A stretch of DNA of 64,000 nt from Akkermansia muciniphila (lineage in GTDB: Bacteria > Verrucomicrobiota > Verrucomicrobiia > Methylacidiphilales > CAMAQI01): contig CAMCYL010000003.1 in the NCBI GenBank assembly GCA_945883905.1, forward strand, positions 11 to 64,010, read 5' to 3'. Both the position numbers and the translations under genes were made by a program. Positions 46,006-54,561 of the stretch are shown here, piece by piece; the first letter of the stretch is position 1; each line of letters begins with the position of its first letter. The notes under the pieces are model-generated. The model saw nothing but the letters and a program-made list of their open reading frames with translations. It ran no database searches and was not told where the DNA came from.

Positions 46006-46523
46006 TTGTCTCAGAGGAGTTTATTGCTAGCGTCCGAGGGATGGATCAACAATTACTCAAACTCTTGGAGGAGAATGCTTTAGTTTCACCGGAAACATTG
46101 GCAAAGCAACTGAATCTCTCCGTCGATGAGGTCAAATCTCGAATTAAACATCTTGAAGAGGCGAAGATTATTTTAGCCTATAAAGCGATTGTTGATGATG
46201 ATAAGGCGGAGTTCCAAACCGTGAAGGCGGTGATTGAGGTTCGGATCACTCCTGAGCGAGGAGGGGGATTTAATCGTCTTTCCGATCGAATTGCTCGCTA
46301 TCCGGAGGTCACCTCCTGTTTCTTAATGAGTGGGGGTTACGATCTTTTAGTTTTTGTAGAGGGGCGCACATTAAAAGAGGTGGCGATGTTTGTCTCGGAA
46401 AAGCTGTCAACAATCCAAGGAGTACTCTCGACCGCAACCCATTTCACGCTCAAGACGTATAAGGAGCAAGGGGTGATGATTGAGCAGGAGATCAGTGAGG
46501 AGCGCTTAAAGGTCTCTCCTTAA
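46002..46523 (+). CDS. Lrp/AsnC-family transcriptional regulator
   Basis: It has a wHTH (MDQQLLKLLEENALVSPETLAKQLNLSVDEVKSRIKHLEE) and a RAM/ACT-like C-domain. The start is ambiguous: TTG 46002 or ATG 46041. Confidence 0.85.
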   Translation: MIVSEEFIASVRGMDQQLLKLLEENALVSPETLAKQLNLSVDEVKSRIKHLEEAKIILAYKAIVDDDKAEFQTVKAVIEVRITPERGGGFNRLSDRIARYPEVTSCFLMSGGYDLLVFVEGRTLKEVAMFVSEKLSTIQGVLSTATHFTLKTYKEQGVMIEQEISEERLKVSP

Positions 46524-46574
46524 AGAATCAAAGGATTGAATTGTTAAAATTGTAATTTTTATCATGAGATTGAT

Positions 46575-47756
46575 ATGAGTGTGAAGAGGATAGTGTCGAC
46601 GACCGATTTTGTGGCGAACCATGTGCGTTCGATTCCGCGATCCGGGATTCGTGATTTTTTTGAAATCGTTCAGTCGATGTCCGATGTGGTTTCACTCGGA
46701 ATTGGAGAGCCGGATTTTGTAACCCCGTGGCATATCCGCGAAGCGGCCATCTATGCTTTGGAAAAGGGAAAGACCGGTTATACTTCGAATTTGGGATTGC
46801 CTCGACTCCGAAAAAGCATTGCTCGATATGTTCGTCAGAATTATCAAGTGGACTATGATGCATTGAGTGAGGTCTTGGTCGCCGTGGGGGTTTCGGAGGC
46901 GATGGATATTGCGTTGCGTGCGGTCATTAATCCGGGAGATGAGGTTCTTTATCATAGTCCCTGCTATGTTTCATATAGTCCGAGTATTCTCTTAGCCCAT
47001 GGAAAACCGGTGGAGATTCCGACATTGGCGGAGGATCATTTTAAACTCCGTCCAGAGGCGTTGAAGGAAAAGATGACCTCGAAGAGTAAGGTATTGATTT
47101 TGAATTTTCCGACCAATCCAACCGGTGCGGTGATGAGTCGTGAGGAGCTTCTATCGATTGCGGAAGTATGCGAGAAGCATGATTTACTCGTGATTACCGA
47201 TGAGATCTATTCGGAGTTAAGTTATGGAGGAGAGCATTGTTCAATCGCTTCATTACCAGGGATGAGAGAGCGGTGCATTTTTCTTCATGGGTTTTCAAAG
47301 GCTTTTGCGATGACTGGATTTCGAGTGGGATATGCCTGTGCTCCCGTGGCTTTGATTGAGGCGATGATGAGGATTCATCAATATGCGATGCTCTGTGCTC
47401 CAATTGTCAGTCAAGAGGCGGCGATTGAGGCGTTAGAAAATGGTCAAGCCGAGATGGTTCAGATGCGAGAGCAGTATCAGCTTCGCCGTAATTTTTTATT
47501 AAACTCCTTTCGAGAGATTGGGATTCCCTGTTTTAATGCGCAGGGGGCCTTTTATTTATTTCCACGAATTGATCAAACAGGATTAAATTCCCGGGAGTTT
47601 GCCGTTCGACTTTTAGAGGAACATCGAGTGGCGGTGGTTCCTGGAAATGCTTTTGGAGTGAGTGGTGAGGGCCATGTTCGTTGTAGCTATGCAACGGGAA
47701 TGGATCAACTCGAGGTGGCAGTGGAACGGATTGGAAAATTTGTGAGGTCATTATGA
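46575..47756 (+). CDS. Pyridoxal-phosphate-dependent aminotransferase, class I/II
   Basis: 393 aa with PLP-lysine context FSKAFAMTGFRVGY and NFPTNPTGAV. Confidence 0.9.
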   Translation: MSVKRIVSTTDFVANHVRSIPRSGIRDFFEIVQSMSDVVSLGIGEPDFVTPWHIREAAIYALEKGKTGYTSNLGLPRLRKSIARYVRQNYQVDYDALSEVLVAVGVSEAMDIALRAVINPGDEVLYHSPCYVSYSPSILLAHGKPVEIPTLAEDHFKLRPEALKEKMTSKSKVLILNFPTNPTGAVMSREELLSIAEVCEKHDLLVITDEIYSELSYGGEHCSIASLPGMRERCIFLHGFSKAFAMTGFRVGYACAPVALIEAMMRIHQYAMLCAPIVSQEAAIEALENGQAEMVQMREQYQLRRNFLLNSFREIGIPCFNAQGAFYLFPRIDQTGLNSREFAVRLLEEHRVAVVPGNAFGVSGEGHVRCSYATGMDQLEVAVERIGKFVRSL

Positions 47757-48616
47757 TATTATTATTAGGAGGATCAGGGTACGTTGGAGAGGCTTTCCAA
47801 AAGCAATTGAGCCGGCGTGGAATTATTTTTGCTTCGATCGCTCGGCGGGACTGTGACTACACTCAACCGGAAACGCTTCGTGAACTCATTCGGAAAACGA
47901 AACCGCATTTTTTGATTAATAGTGCCGGTTATACAGGAAAACCGAATGTTGATGGTTGCGAGCTGGATAAAGAGAATTGTTTGCTGGGGAATGCAGTGTT
48001 GCCGGGAGTGATTGCTCGCGTTTGTGCAGAGGAAAAGTTGGTTTGGGGTCATGTTTCCTCCGGTTGTATCTATACAGGGGAGCGTCCGGATGGAAGTGGG
48101 TTTAGAGAAGAGGACTTACCGAATTTTAGTTTTCGAACGAATAACTGTAGTTTTTATAGTGGGACGAAAGCGATGGGGGAGGAGCTGCTCGGGGGGTATC
48201 CGGACTGTTACATTTGGCGTTTAAGAATGCCCTTTAATGAGATTGATGGACCTCGTAATTATATCACCAAATTAATGCGTTATGATAAGATTGTGGAGTT
48301 TACGAATTCACTCTCTCATTTAGATGAGTTTGTGAACGCCTGCTGGGAGACGTGGGAACGACGAGTTCCGTTTGGGATTTATAATGTTGTGAATCCTGGG
48401 CCGGTAACAACGAAAGGAGTTGTGGAGCAAATGATTAAAGCCGGAGTTTCGAATAAGAATTTTCAATTTTTCAAGGATGAAGCTGAGTTTATGAAAGTGG
48501 CAGCAAAGGCTCCGCGTTCGAATTGTGTTCTTGATGCCTCGAAGCTTTTGAAATGTGGAATCAAGATGAGTGATGGGTATGAGGCGGTTGAGCGGGCGTT
48601 AAAAATTTGGGTTTAA
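47753..48616 (+). CDS. NAD(P)-dependent nucleotide-sugar 4-keto-reductase of the RmlD / NRS-ER-like family
   Basis: 287 aa with Rossmann fold ILLLGGSGYVG. GKPNVDGCE, GSGFREEDLPNF, FYSGTKAMGEELL, WRLRMPFNEIDGPRNYITKL and APRSNCVLDASKL resemble, from memory, the plant NRS/ER rhamnose 3,5-epimerase/4-reductase family. Confidence 0.7.
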   Translation: MILLLGGSGYVGEAFQKQLSRRGIIFASIARRDCDYTQPETLRELIRKTKPHFLINSAGYTGKPNVDGCELDKENCLLGNAVLPGVIARVCAEEKLVWGHVSSGCIYTGERPDGSGFREEDLPNFSFRTNNCSFYSGTKAMGEELLGGYPDCYIWRLRMPFNEIDGPRNYITKLMRYDKIVEFTNSLSHLDEFVNACWETWERRVPFGIYNVVNPGPVTTKGVVEQMIKAGVSNKNFQFFKDEAEFMKVAAKAPRSNCVLDASKLLKCGIKMSDGYEAVERALKIWV

Positions 48617-48670
48617 TTCCAATGCCTTTCGGTAATTCCTTAAGGAATTGCCGAAATTTTCCTCTGTAGT

Positions 48671-50023
48671 TCATCTTTTTTTTGTGATTTTGAAGAGGAC
48701 ATTCCCTTTTTTATAAGTATTTTTGAGAAGACGATTCCAACCGGAGACGGGTTTTCGAATGGCTCTTGGACAAGAACGTTTTCGTCTTTTTTTTGAGCAT
48801 TGAGACTGAAGAAGTTTGATAAGTCTGGAATGGAGGGTGGCGACTTTATCGGATTCAATGAGATCATGGAGCAGAGACCAGAGAGAGACAAATGCCCTGA
48901 TGAGATGGAGAGTTTTGATAAAGCTGATTTCCAAGAGGGAAGAGGGGAAGGATAGCGAGCAGGCGTTTCTGGCTTGTGCAACAATGCGTTGAGCGATGAG
49001 AAGACAGGCGATTTCTTGTGCGGCGGTGACAAGCGTATGGCTCAAGAGTAAGTCGGATCGACGAAGATCGACCTTGAGTTCTTTGTAGGCGGATTCGTGT
49101 TCCCATCGTTTTGCGTAAAGGGGAATGAGTTCTAAAGCCGGATAAACAAGAGGATCGAGAAGATTAGTCCAAAAGCGAACTCGGATCCATTTTCCGACGC
49201 GGGGTTTAATAAGGGCATGGATTTCACGTAAGAGGATCTTTTTTTGAGATGTATTGTCAAGAGTCTCGATGATCAAGGAGCCGTCGTTCAAAACGTAAAG
49301 CGTTTTAGATTTGGTGTTGGATTTGACTCGAATGAGAAAGGAGGGCTTGGCCTCTAAAGCGAGCAAGCCCGAGATTGTTTTTGGGCAACCATAGTATCGA
49401 TCAGCGATGAGAAGTTAATCGTTTTTTAAATGGGATGAAAGTTGAGAGGAAAGAGCCATTTCAGATTCACCTTCAATGCCGATTTGAGCGGCGAGCGGAT
49501 TATGGGTGCCGAGTTCATAAAGGGCGGAAAGTGAGATCTTTGAAAACGCGGATCCATTTCTTCTGGAGGGGTGTTTGATGGTCATTTTTTTGATTTGAGC
49601 AGAGTTGATCAAGCTCCACTGGGTTCCATCGGTTCCAACAAGCCGGAATGTTTTATAAAAAGAGTCCGGATTGGATTGAGGTTGGGCTAGAGGGCAAAGA
49701 ACTCGCTCAAGCAAGGAGTGGAAAAATGGAAATCCTAGGAGTTGACGTCGTTGACTTAGAGAGCTGTCACAAATTTTTGTTCCCGAGAGTTGGCGCACAT
49801 GGGAGGAGAGTGTCCCCGAACCTTGAAGAACATGAAAAACCATCGAAGCGATCAAAGAAAAAAGACTTAAAACAGAAGGAGCTCCCGCGGAAGATTTTTT
49901 TTGTTGTCGATGAAGAGCCAAAAGGGATCGGGGATGAATGAGCTTGGAGAAGAGGGAGAGAAAGTTGTTTTCGGAAAAAATGGAGGAAGAGATTGACGAA
50001 GGGGGGTGTTGTGATATAGTCAT
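48671..50023 (-). pseudogene. DDE transposase (IS4-like) interrupted by a single in-frame TAA
   Basis: The ORFs 49415-50023 and 48671-49366 are in the same frame. The TAA at 49415-49417 is followed immediately by LLIADRYYG, the first catalytic Asp context. The downstream part contains YAKRWEHESAYKELK, a Y-(2)-R-(3)-E-(6)-K-like motif. Confidence 0.85.
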
Positions 50024-50055
50024 ATAACTATATAAACGTATAACAAAAAGGAACT

Positions 50056-50250
50056 ATGGGCTACAAGACAAAAATCCAAAAAGTGGAAAGACCAACCAAC
50101 CAATCCTACTACGCCAACATCCCCTCGGCACTTGCGCAAGCCATGGGAATCGACAAAGGCGAAGAGTTCGAGTGGGAAATCGAAAATAAAAACCTGCTCC
50201 TGCTCAAGCGGAGCACCGTACTACCCCTAAAAAAACTCAAAAAAACTTAA
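50056..50250 (+). CDS. Small AbrB/SpoVT/MazE-like DNA-binding protein encoded inside the IS (passenger ORF)
   Basis: 64 aa. YYANIPSALAQAMGIDKGEEFEWEIENKNLLLLKR fits the swapped-hairpin AbrB pattern, and AAGGA lies 6 nt upstream of the ATG. The ORF sits between the transposase start and IRR, divergent from the transposase. Confidence 0.5.
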   Translation: MGYKTKIQKVERPTNQSYYANIPSALAQAMGIDKGEEFEWEIENKNLLLLKRSTVLPLKKLKKT

Positions 50251-50319
50251 TTCCACGAATGAAATTTCGGTAATTCCATTCGGAATTACCGAAAGGCATT
50301 GGGTTTAATTCCCTTTCCT

Positions 50320-51636
50320 CTAGTCCGTTTTTTTTTGATATTTTTCGATCGCTTTTTGACGCCATTGTTCCCCGATTTTTTCAGCCTGAAGACGGTTGGA
50401 TTTCCAGAGAGGAATCGAAGCTTCAAACTCTTTTTCATCAAGGAGGGGGGTGAAGAGTTCGCTTTTTGCTTTTTCTTCTGGAGAGAGCGAGAGGTATTGT
50501 CGCCATGCTTGTTGCAGCTCAGAATGGGGATCAATTAGAGTTCGTCCCATGAGTTCATTGAGGGCTGTCCATCGTTGACTGGCTTTTGGAGAGTCGTAGA
50601 GAAAGGCCGGAGGATCGCTCAAAAAAGTGGGATTAATTTGCTGAAGGAGAGTGCTTTTACTTTGGAGGGAGGGGAGGATGGGGATTCTGGTAATTCCGTA
50701 GTGAACAGGACCTCCGCGTTGACCGATCGGAAGAACCCAGAGGGATTGACCTTTTTCAGAGAGTACGAAATCGATAAAACGTTGTGCGGCATCGAGATGG
50801 GGGGCTCCCCTAAAGAGGGCGATCCCATCGGGGATTAAAAGCGATTGATTTTGAGGATAAATATAGCGGACTTTGTCGGAACCGAGAGCGCCTTGAAGGG
50901 CGAGGGCATTGAGATCGATGGAGAGGGCGTGAGTGGCATTTCCGAGAGAGACCTCTTTGGTGGAGATCGAGGCGCTTTGGGAGAATGATTTTGCGTTGGC
51001 CGCCATTCTCATCAAGATACTCCAACCCTTTTCCCAACCGTAAGATTGAAGAATCATTTCGTAGATCATGTGGGCGCTTCCGCTTTTACGCGGCTCGACT
51101 AAAGAGAGGAGTCCTTTGAACTCCGGTTGTGCGAGATCCTCCCACTGTTGGACGGGAGGGAGTTTTTTGAGTTTGGCTAAAGGGATGTTTTCAAAAATTC
51201 CGAACGTGGAGAGAGCGGTGGCATAATAGTTTCCCTCGGAATCTTGAAGAGGGATTCCATGGAGGGCTTGAGGGAAGGAATTTGCAATTTCTTCAGAGAG
51301 AAAATAAGGAGCGAGATGCCCTTTATTTTTTTGATTTTCGAACGGATCGATGCCCCCTCCCCAGAAGAGATCAATTCCACAGGTGTTAGGATTTTTGGCG
51401 TAGAGGGCATCGATCGCTTTTTCGATTTGGGAGGTCCCTCCAATGTCACGCCAGCGAATCGTGATTCTTTTTCCTTGAGTTTGAAAATAATGCTCTTGAA
51501 AAGCACGCGTAAATTCCTTTTGGATTCCATCCCAGTGAGGAGAGACAATGATTAACTCATTTTCCTCTGCGAAAATCGTGGTGAGGGAGGAAGAAAGAGC
51601 GAGGAGAACAATGACCGTCAGGGTCCAGAGTCTCAT
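50320..51636 (-). CDS. Periplasmic ABC-transporter substrate-binding protein (iron(III)/solute-binding family 1-like), orphan
   Basis: 438 aa with a signal peptide (LWTLTVIVLLALSSSLTTIFA) and a type 2 PBP-like pattern (LIIVSPHWDGIQKEF..., DLFWGGG). No permease or ATPase gene is adjacent. Confidence 0.65.
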   Translation of the reverse strand: MRLWTLTVIVLLALSSSLTTIFAEENELIIVSPHWDGIQKEFTRAFQEHYFQTQGKRITIRWRDIGGTSQIEKAIDALYAKNPNTCGIDLFWGGGIDPFENQKNKGHLAPYFLSEEIANSFPQALHGIPLQDSEGNYYATALSTFGIFENIPLAKLKKLPPVQQWEDLAQPEFKGLLSLVEPRKSGSAHMIYEMILQSYGWEKGWSILMRMAANAKSFSQSASISTKEVSLGNATHALSIDLNALALQGALGSDKVRYIYPQNQSLLIPDGIALFRGAPHLDAAQRFIDFVLSEKGQSLWVLPIGQRGGPVHYGITRIPILPSLQSKSTLLQQINPTFLSDPPAFLYDSPKASQRWTALNELMGRTLIDPHSELQQAWRQYLSLSPEEKAKSELFTPLLDEKEFEASIPLWKSNRLQAEKIGEQWRQKAIEKYQKKTD

Positions 51637-51649
51637 TTCAAGAGAGCAA

Positions 51650-51862
51650 TTACGCCGGTCCTGCAGATTCGTCAGCTTCTATAATAGAGTCCAACGCTTG
51701 TCGGAAATCTTTGAGTCCGGGAGCCGGGATAATAATCGTATCCCGACGACCATTCACATCTTCGGTGATTCTTAAAAAACGTCCTCTCGGATTCTGTTTG
51801 AGATCAAAAAAGAAACACTTGCGTTCTACTGTAATTTTTTCACTTCGCATCAACTCATCCAT
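51650..51862 (-). CDS. Bacterial PUR-alpha-like (single PUR repeat, DUF3276-type) nucleic-acid-binding protein
   Basis: 70 aa. SEKITVERKCFFFDLKQNPRGRFLRITEDVNGRRDTIIIPAPGLKDFRQAL matches the PUR-repeat pattern (RK.F.FDLKEN.RGRFLRI.E....R..I.IP..G...F). Confidence 0.8.
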   Translation of the reverse strand: MDELMRSEKITVERKCFFFDLKQNPRGRFLRITEDVNGRRDTIIIPAPGLKDFRQALDSIIEADESAGPA

Positions 51863-52026
51863 AAAATATCCCTCCTAATTACTGACATAAAAGACCCTAG
51901 TGGATTATGGAAAGAAGTCAAAAAATTATTATTAGTACTATTGTTACATTGGAGAAACTATTTTTTTAAGATTATACCCTCGGAGGGGTTGTCGACTGGA
52001 GGGGGGATCTCCCAGAGAGAGGGACT

Positions 52027-52722
52027 ATGAATTTAACAATATTAGGGGCTATTTTTGTTTTAGGGGGCTTGCTCGGCTGTGCCTCAACCTCCTCTGAACC
52101 GGTGAGAATTGATCCAGGGGCTGTGATTCAAAAGAATTACGATTATTCCGCACCTGCAGATATCGATCGACAATCGAAGCCGGTTTGGATCCTGCCGATG
52201 ATGAATCAAGGCTGGGTTCCTGCTAAAATCGATCCTCAAAGCGGCGATTGGATGGGGGGGCACTATCAAGCGACGATCATTCAAGAGGGACATTGGGCAA
52301 CGTTGGAGGAGGCGGAGCAGTCGGGTAGACCGTATATAAGATCAGGGGAGGGACAACCGATCGTTCCGCCTTTATCGACTCCTGGTTCTTCTCAAGGAGG
52401 GGCGGAATTGGATTTAGCGCATTTAGAATCGCGAATCACGAACCTCGAACGGGAGCCGAGGGAGTCGATACCGGTCCCTCCAAAGGAGGAATCGCCGCGG
52501 AAGGGGAACTGGGTGGAGGTTCCCCCTCAAAAGGCGGGAACAGTCGAGACTCATGAGATGGGAAATCAGCGAAAGTTGATTATTCGCTATCGGGAGAATG
52601 ACGAAGTGGAGATTCAGTATGGATCGAAGCAATATGTGAGGAAATTACCGCATTCGAATGCGGTTCTGAGGATCACGATACCGGAGGGGACTCAGTCAGA
52701 GCAAGGCTCCCCATCGAATTAG
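52027..52722 (+). CDS. Hypothetical lipoprotein
   Basis: 231 aa with the lipobox LGGLLGC at the end of a signal peptide. I recognise no family. Confidence 0.55.
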   Translation: MNLTILGAIFVLGGLLGCASTSSEPVRIDPGAVIQKNYDYSAPADIDRQSKPVWILPMMNQGWVPAKIDPQSGDWMGGHYQATIIQEGHWATLEEAEQSGRPYIRSGEGQPIVPPLSTPGSSQGGAELDLAHLESRITNLEREPRESIPVPPKEESPRKGNWVEVPPQKAGTVETHEMGNQRKLIIRYRENDEVEIQYGSKQYVRKLPHSNAVLRITIPEGTQSEQGSPSN

Positions 52723-52843
52723 GAATAGCAAAGAGGATCGGCGGATTATGGAAAATAAAATTTATAGTCGAGTGAATCGATCGAGATCTTTACTGTTGAA
52801 TCTTTATTCGAATCGAGGAGTATGGAGTAAGCAGGAAGATAAT

Positions 52844-53938
52844 ATGGGCGATTTTGGAAAATTGAATAAAATAAAACTATCTGGTTTTAAATCGATACGG
52901 GAGATGGAATTAGATCTCACCTCGCTTAATATTTTGATCGGTCCGAATGGAGTTGGGAAATCGAATTTTATCCATTTTTTTAGGTTTATGAATCAGCTTC
53001 GCTCAAAAGAGCTGCAGATTTATGTTTCTCAAAAGGGAACTGCAGAGAGATTTCTTCATTTTGGTGAAAAGGAGACAAAGTCGATTCAGGCGCATCTTCA
53101 ATTTGATCCGAATGAATATAAAGTTGAATTAGTTCCGACCCAAGAGGGAAAGCTTATTTTTAAAAGTGAGGAGGTCATTTTTAATGCCGATAAGATCCGC
53201 TATCAAGGAGGGATCAAGCGATTTTCCTTAGCCAATGCGGGACAAGAGGAGTCTGGATTGCCGCCACCGAGTACGTTGACAGCAGCAAGTCATGTGTCTG
53301 GATATATCGCTGATTGGAAAATCTATCACTTTCATGATACAAGTGATACCTCTGCACTAAAAAAAGTTTCGAATATCAATGATAATGTGCGCTTGAGTCC
53401 TCAGGGCGAAAATCTTGCGGCATTTCTGTTTTCGATTCAGAGGACCACGGAGTACCAGAAGATTGTCGAGACCATTCAACGGGTTGCTCCTTTTTTTCAA
53501 GATTTTATTTTAATTCCTGACAAAAATAATATCGATCAAATCCGGCTTCGATGGAAGCATAAGGGGTCAGATTCCTATTTTGATGCGAATAGTCTTTCAG
53601 ATGGAACGTTACGATTCATTTGTTTAACGACTCTCTTGTTGCAGCCTTATCATCCAACAGTCATTTTATTGGATGAACCAGAACTCGGTTTGCACCCTTA
53701 TGCGATTCATTTATTGGCTGCGATGATTAAAAGTGCTTCAACAAAAACGCAGATCATTGCCTCCACTCAATCGGTGACCTTAGCGAATCAGTTTGAGTGG
53801 CAAAACATCGTGATTGTAGAGCAAAAAGACGGCGCTTCACATTTTAGTCGCCTCGAAGAAAGTGATGTTAAAATCTGGCTTGATGACTATAAAATGGGAG
53901 AGCTTTGGGAGAAAAACCTCATTCGAGGAACTCCTTAA
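52844..53938 (+). CDS. ABC-type (AAA_15/AAA_21-like, SMC/OLD-related) ATPase
   Basis: Walker A is GPNGVGKSNF (nt about 52940-52969). The signature-like motif is LSDGTLRFICL and Walker B is VILLDEPELGLHP, followed by IIASTQS. I prefer ATG 52844 with the AGGAAG Shine-Dalgarno sequence over the ORF-track ATG 52748. Confidence 0.85.
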   Translation: MGDFGKLNKIKLSGFKSIREMELDLTSLNILIGPNGVGKSNFIHFFRFMNQLRSKELQIYVSQKGTAERFLHFGEKETKSIQAHLQFDPNEYKVELVPTQEGKLIFKSEEVIFNADKIRYQGGIKRFSLANAGQEESGLPPPSTLTAASHVSGYIADWKIYHFHDTSDTSALKKVSNINDNVRLSPQGENLAAFLFSIQRTTEYQKIVETIQRVAPFFQDFILIPDKNNIDQIRLRWKHKGSDSYFDANSLSDGTLRFICLTTLLLQPYHPTVILLDEPELGLHPYAIHLLAAMIKSASTKTQIIASTQSVTLANQFEWQNIVIVEQKDGASHFSRLEESDVKIWLDDYKMGELWEKNLIRGTP

Positions 53939-54540
53939 TGAAAAGAGTGGGAGTGAGTGCGGAGGGGGCAACCGAATTGGAGTTTATTAAACGAGTCATC
54001 GCTCCTTATTTTTATGAAAACAATAGAGCCTATATTACTCCTGTTGATATGGGGGGTAATGTTTCAATTCAAAGAGCGGGTGATGAAATTAAAAAGCTTT
54101 TGAGAGGATTTGATGTTGTCACAACGCTTTACGACTTTTATGGCTTCAAAGGTAAAGGAGTGAGAACTGTTGAGATGTTGGAAGAGGATTTAATGAAAGC
54201 GGCAGAGTGCACCTCCAAGGGTTTATTTATTCCTTATATTCAAATCTACGAATTTGAAGCCCTTGTCATCAGCGATCCTGAATCTTTATGCAATCAAATG
54301 GGATCGATTTCTAAAACGGAAGAAAATGAAATTCAGGCGTTTATCGATCAAAAAGGGGGGGCAGAGAAGGTAAACGATAGTAAGGAGACAACGCCTTCAA
54401 ATCGAATTTTAAAATTATTTCCTCAATACGAAAAAAAACTCCATGGACCTCCTATTTGTCAGAAAATTGGAATGAAAGTTCTGAGGGAGAGATGTCCTCG
54501 GTTTAATCAGTGGATTGAAAAAATAAACAGGGGTCTTTAG
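53938..54540 (+). CDS. DUF4276-family protein (predicted Toprim-like nuclease partner)
   Basis: It has N-terminal VSAEGATELEFIKRVIAPYF (the EGxTE motif) and TTLYDFYGF. FIPYIQIYEFEALVISDP matches the family hallmark as I recall it (FIPYIQLHEFEALLF). C-terminal PSNRILKLFPQYEKKLHGPPICQKIG...CPRFNQWIEKI is also present. The ATG at 53938 overlaps the ATPase stop (TAATG). Confidence 0.75.
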   Translation: MKRVGVSAEGATELEFIKRVIAPYFYENNRAYITPVDMGGNVSIQRAGDEIKKLLRGFDVVTTLYDFYGFKGKGVRTVEMLEEDLMKAAECTSKGLFIPYIQIYEFEALVISDPESLCNQMGSISKTEENEIQAFIDQKGGAEKVNDSKETTPSNRILKLFPQYEKKLHGPPICQKIGMKVLRERCPRFNQWIEKINRGL

Positions 54541-54561
54541 TTTGGACTCAAAATCTATTTC

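Larger units (their letters stand above)
48620..50301 (-). mobile_element. IS4-family-like insertion sequence (1682 bp) with 40-bp terminal inverted repeats and 10-bp target-site duplication
   Basis: IRL at 48620-48659 is caatgcctttcggtaattccttaaggaattgccgaaattt. IRR at 50262-50301 has the reverse complement caatgcctttcggtaattccgaatggaattaccgaaattt. The direct repeat ggtttaattc occurs at 48610-48619 and 50302-50311. The element sits between two convergent genes. Confidence 0.9.

Noticed and set aside
52027-52722. The lipoprotein segment PVWILPMMNQGWVPAKIDPQSGDW...HW is faintly reminiscent of TraV-type conjugative lipoproteins. That would extend the neighbouring ATPase/DUF4276 pair into a mobile island.
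   Set aside because: The resemblance is a vague W/P pattern only. No other transfer, integrase or relaxase genes are nearby, and I cannot support it without an HMM search.
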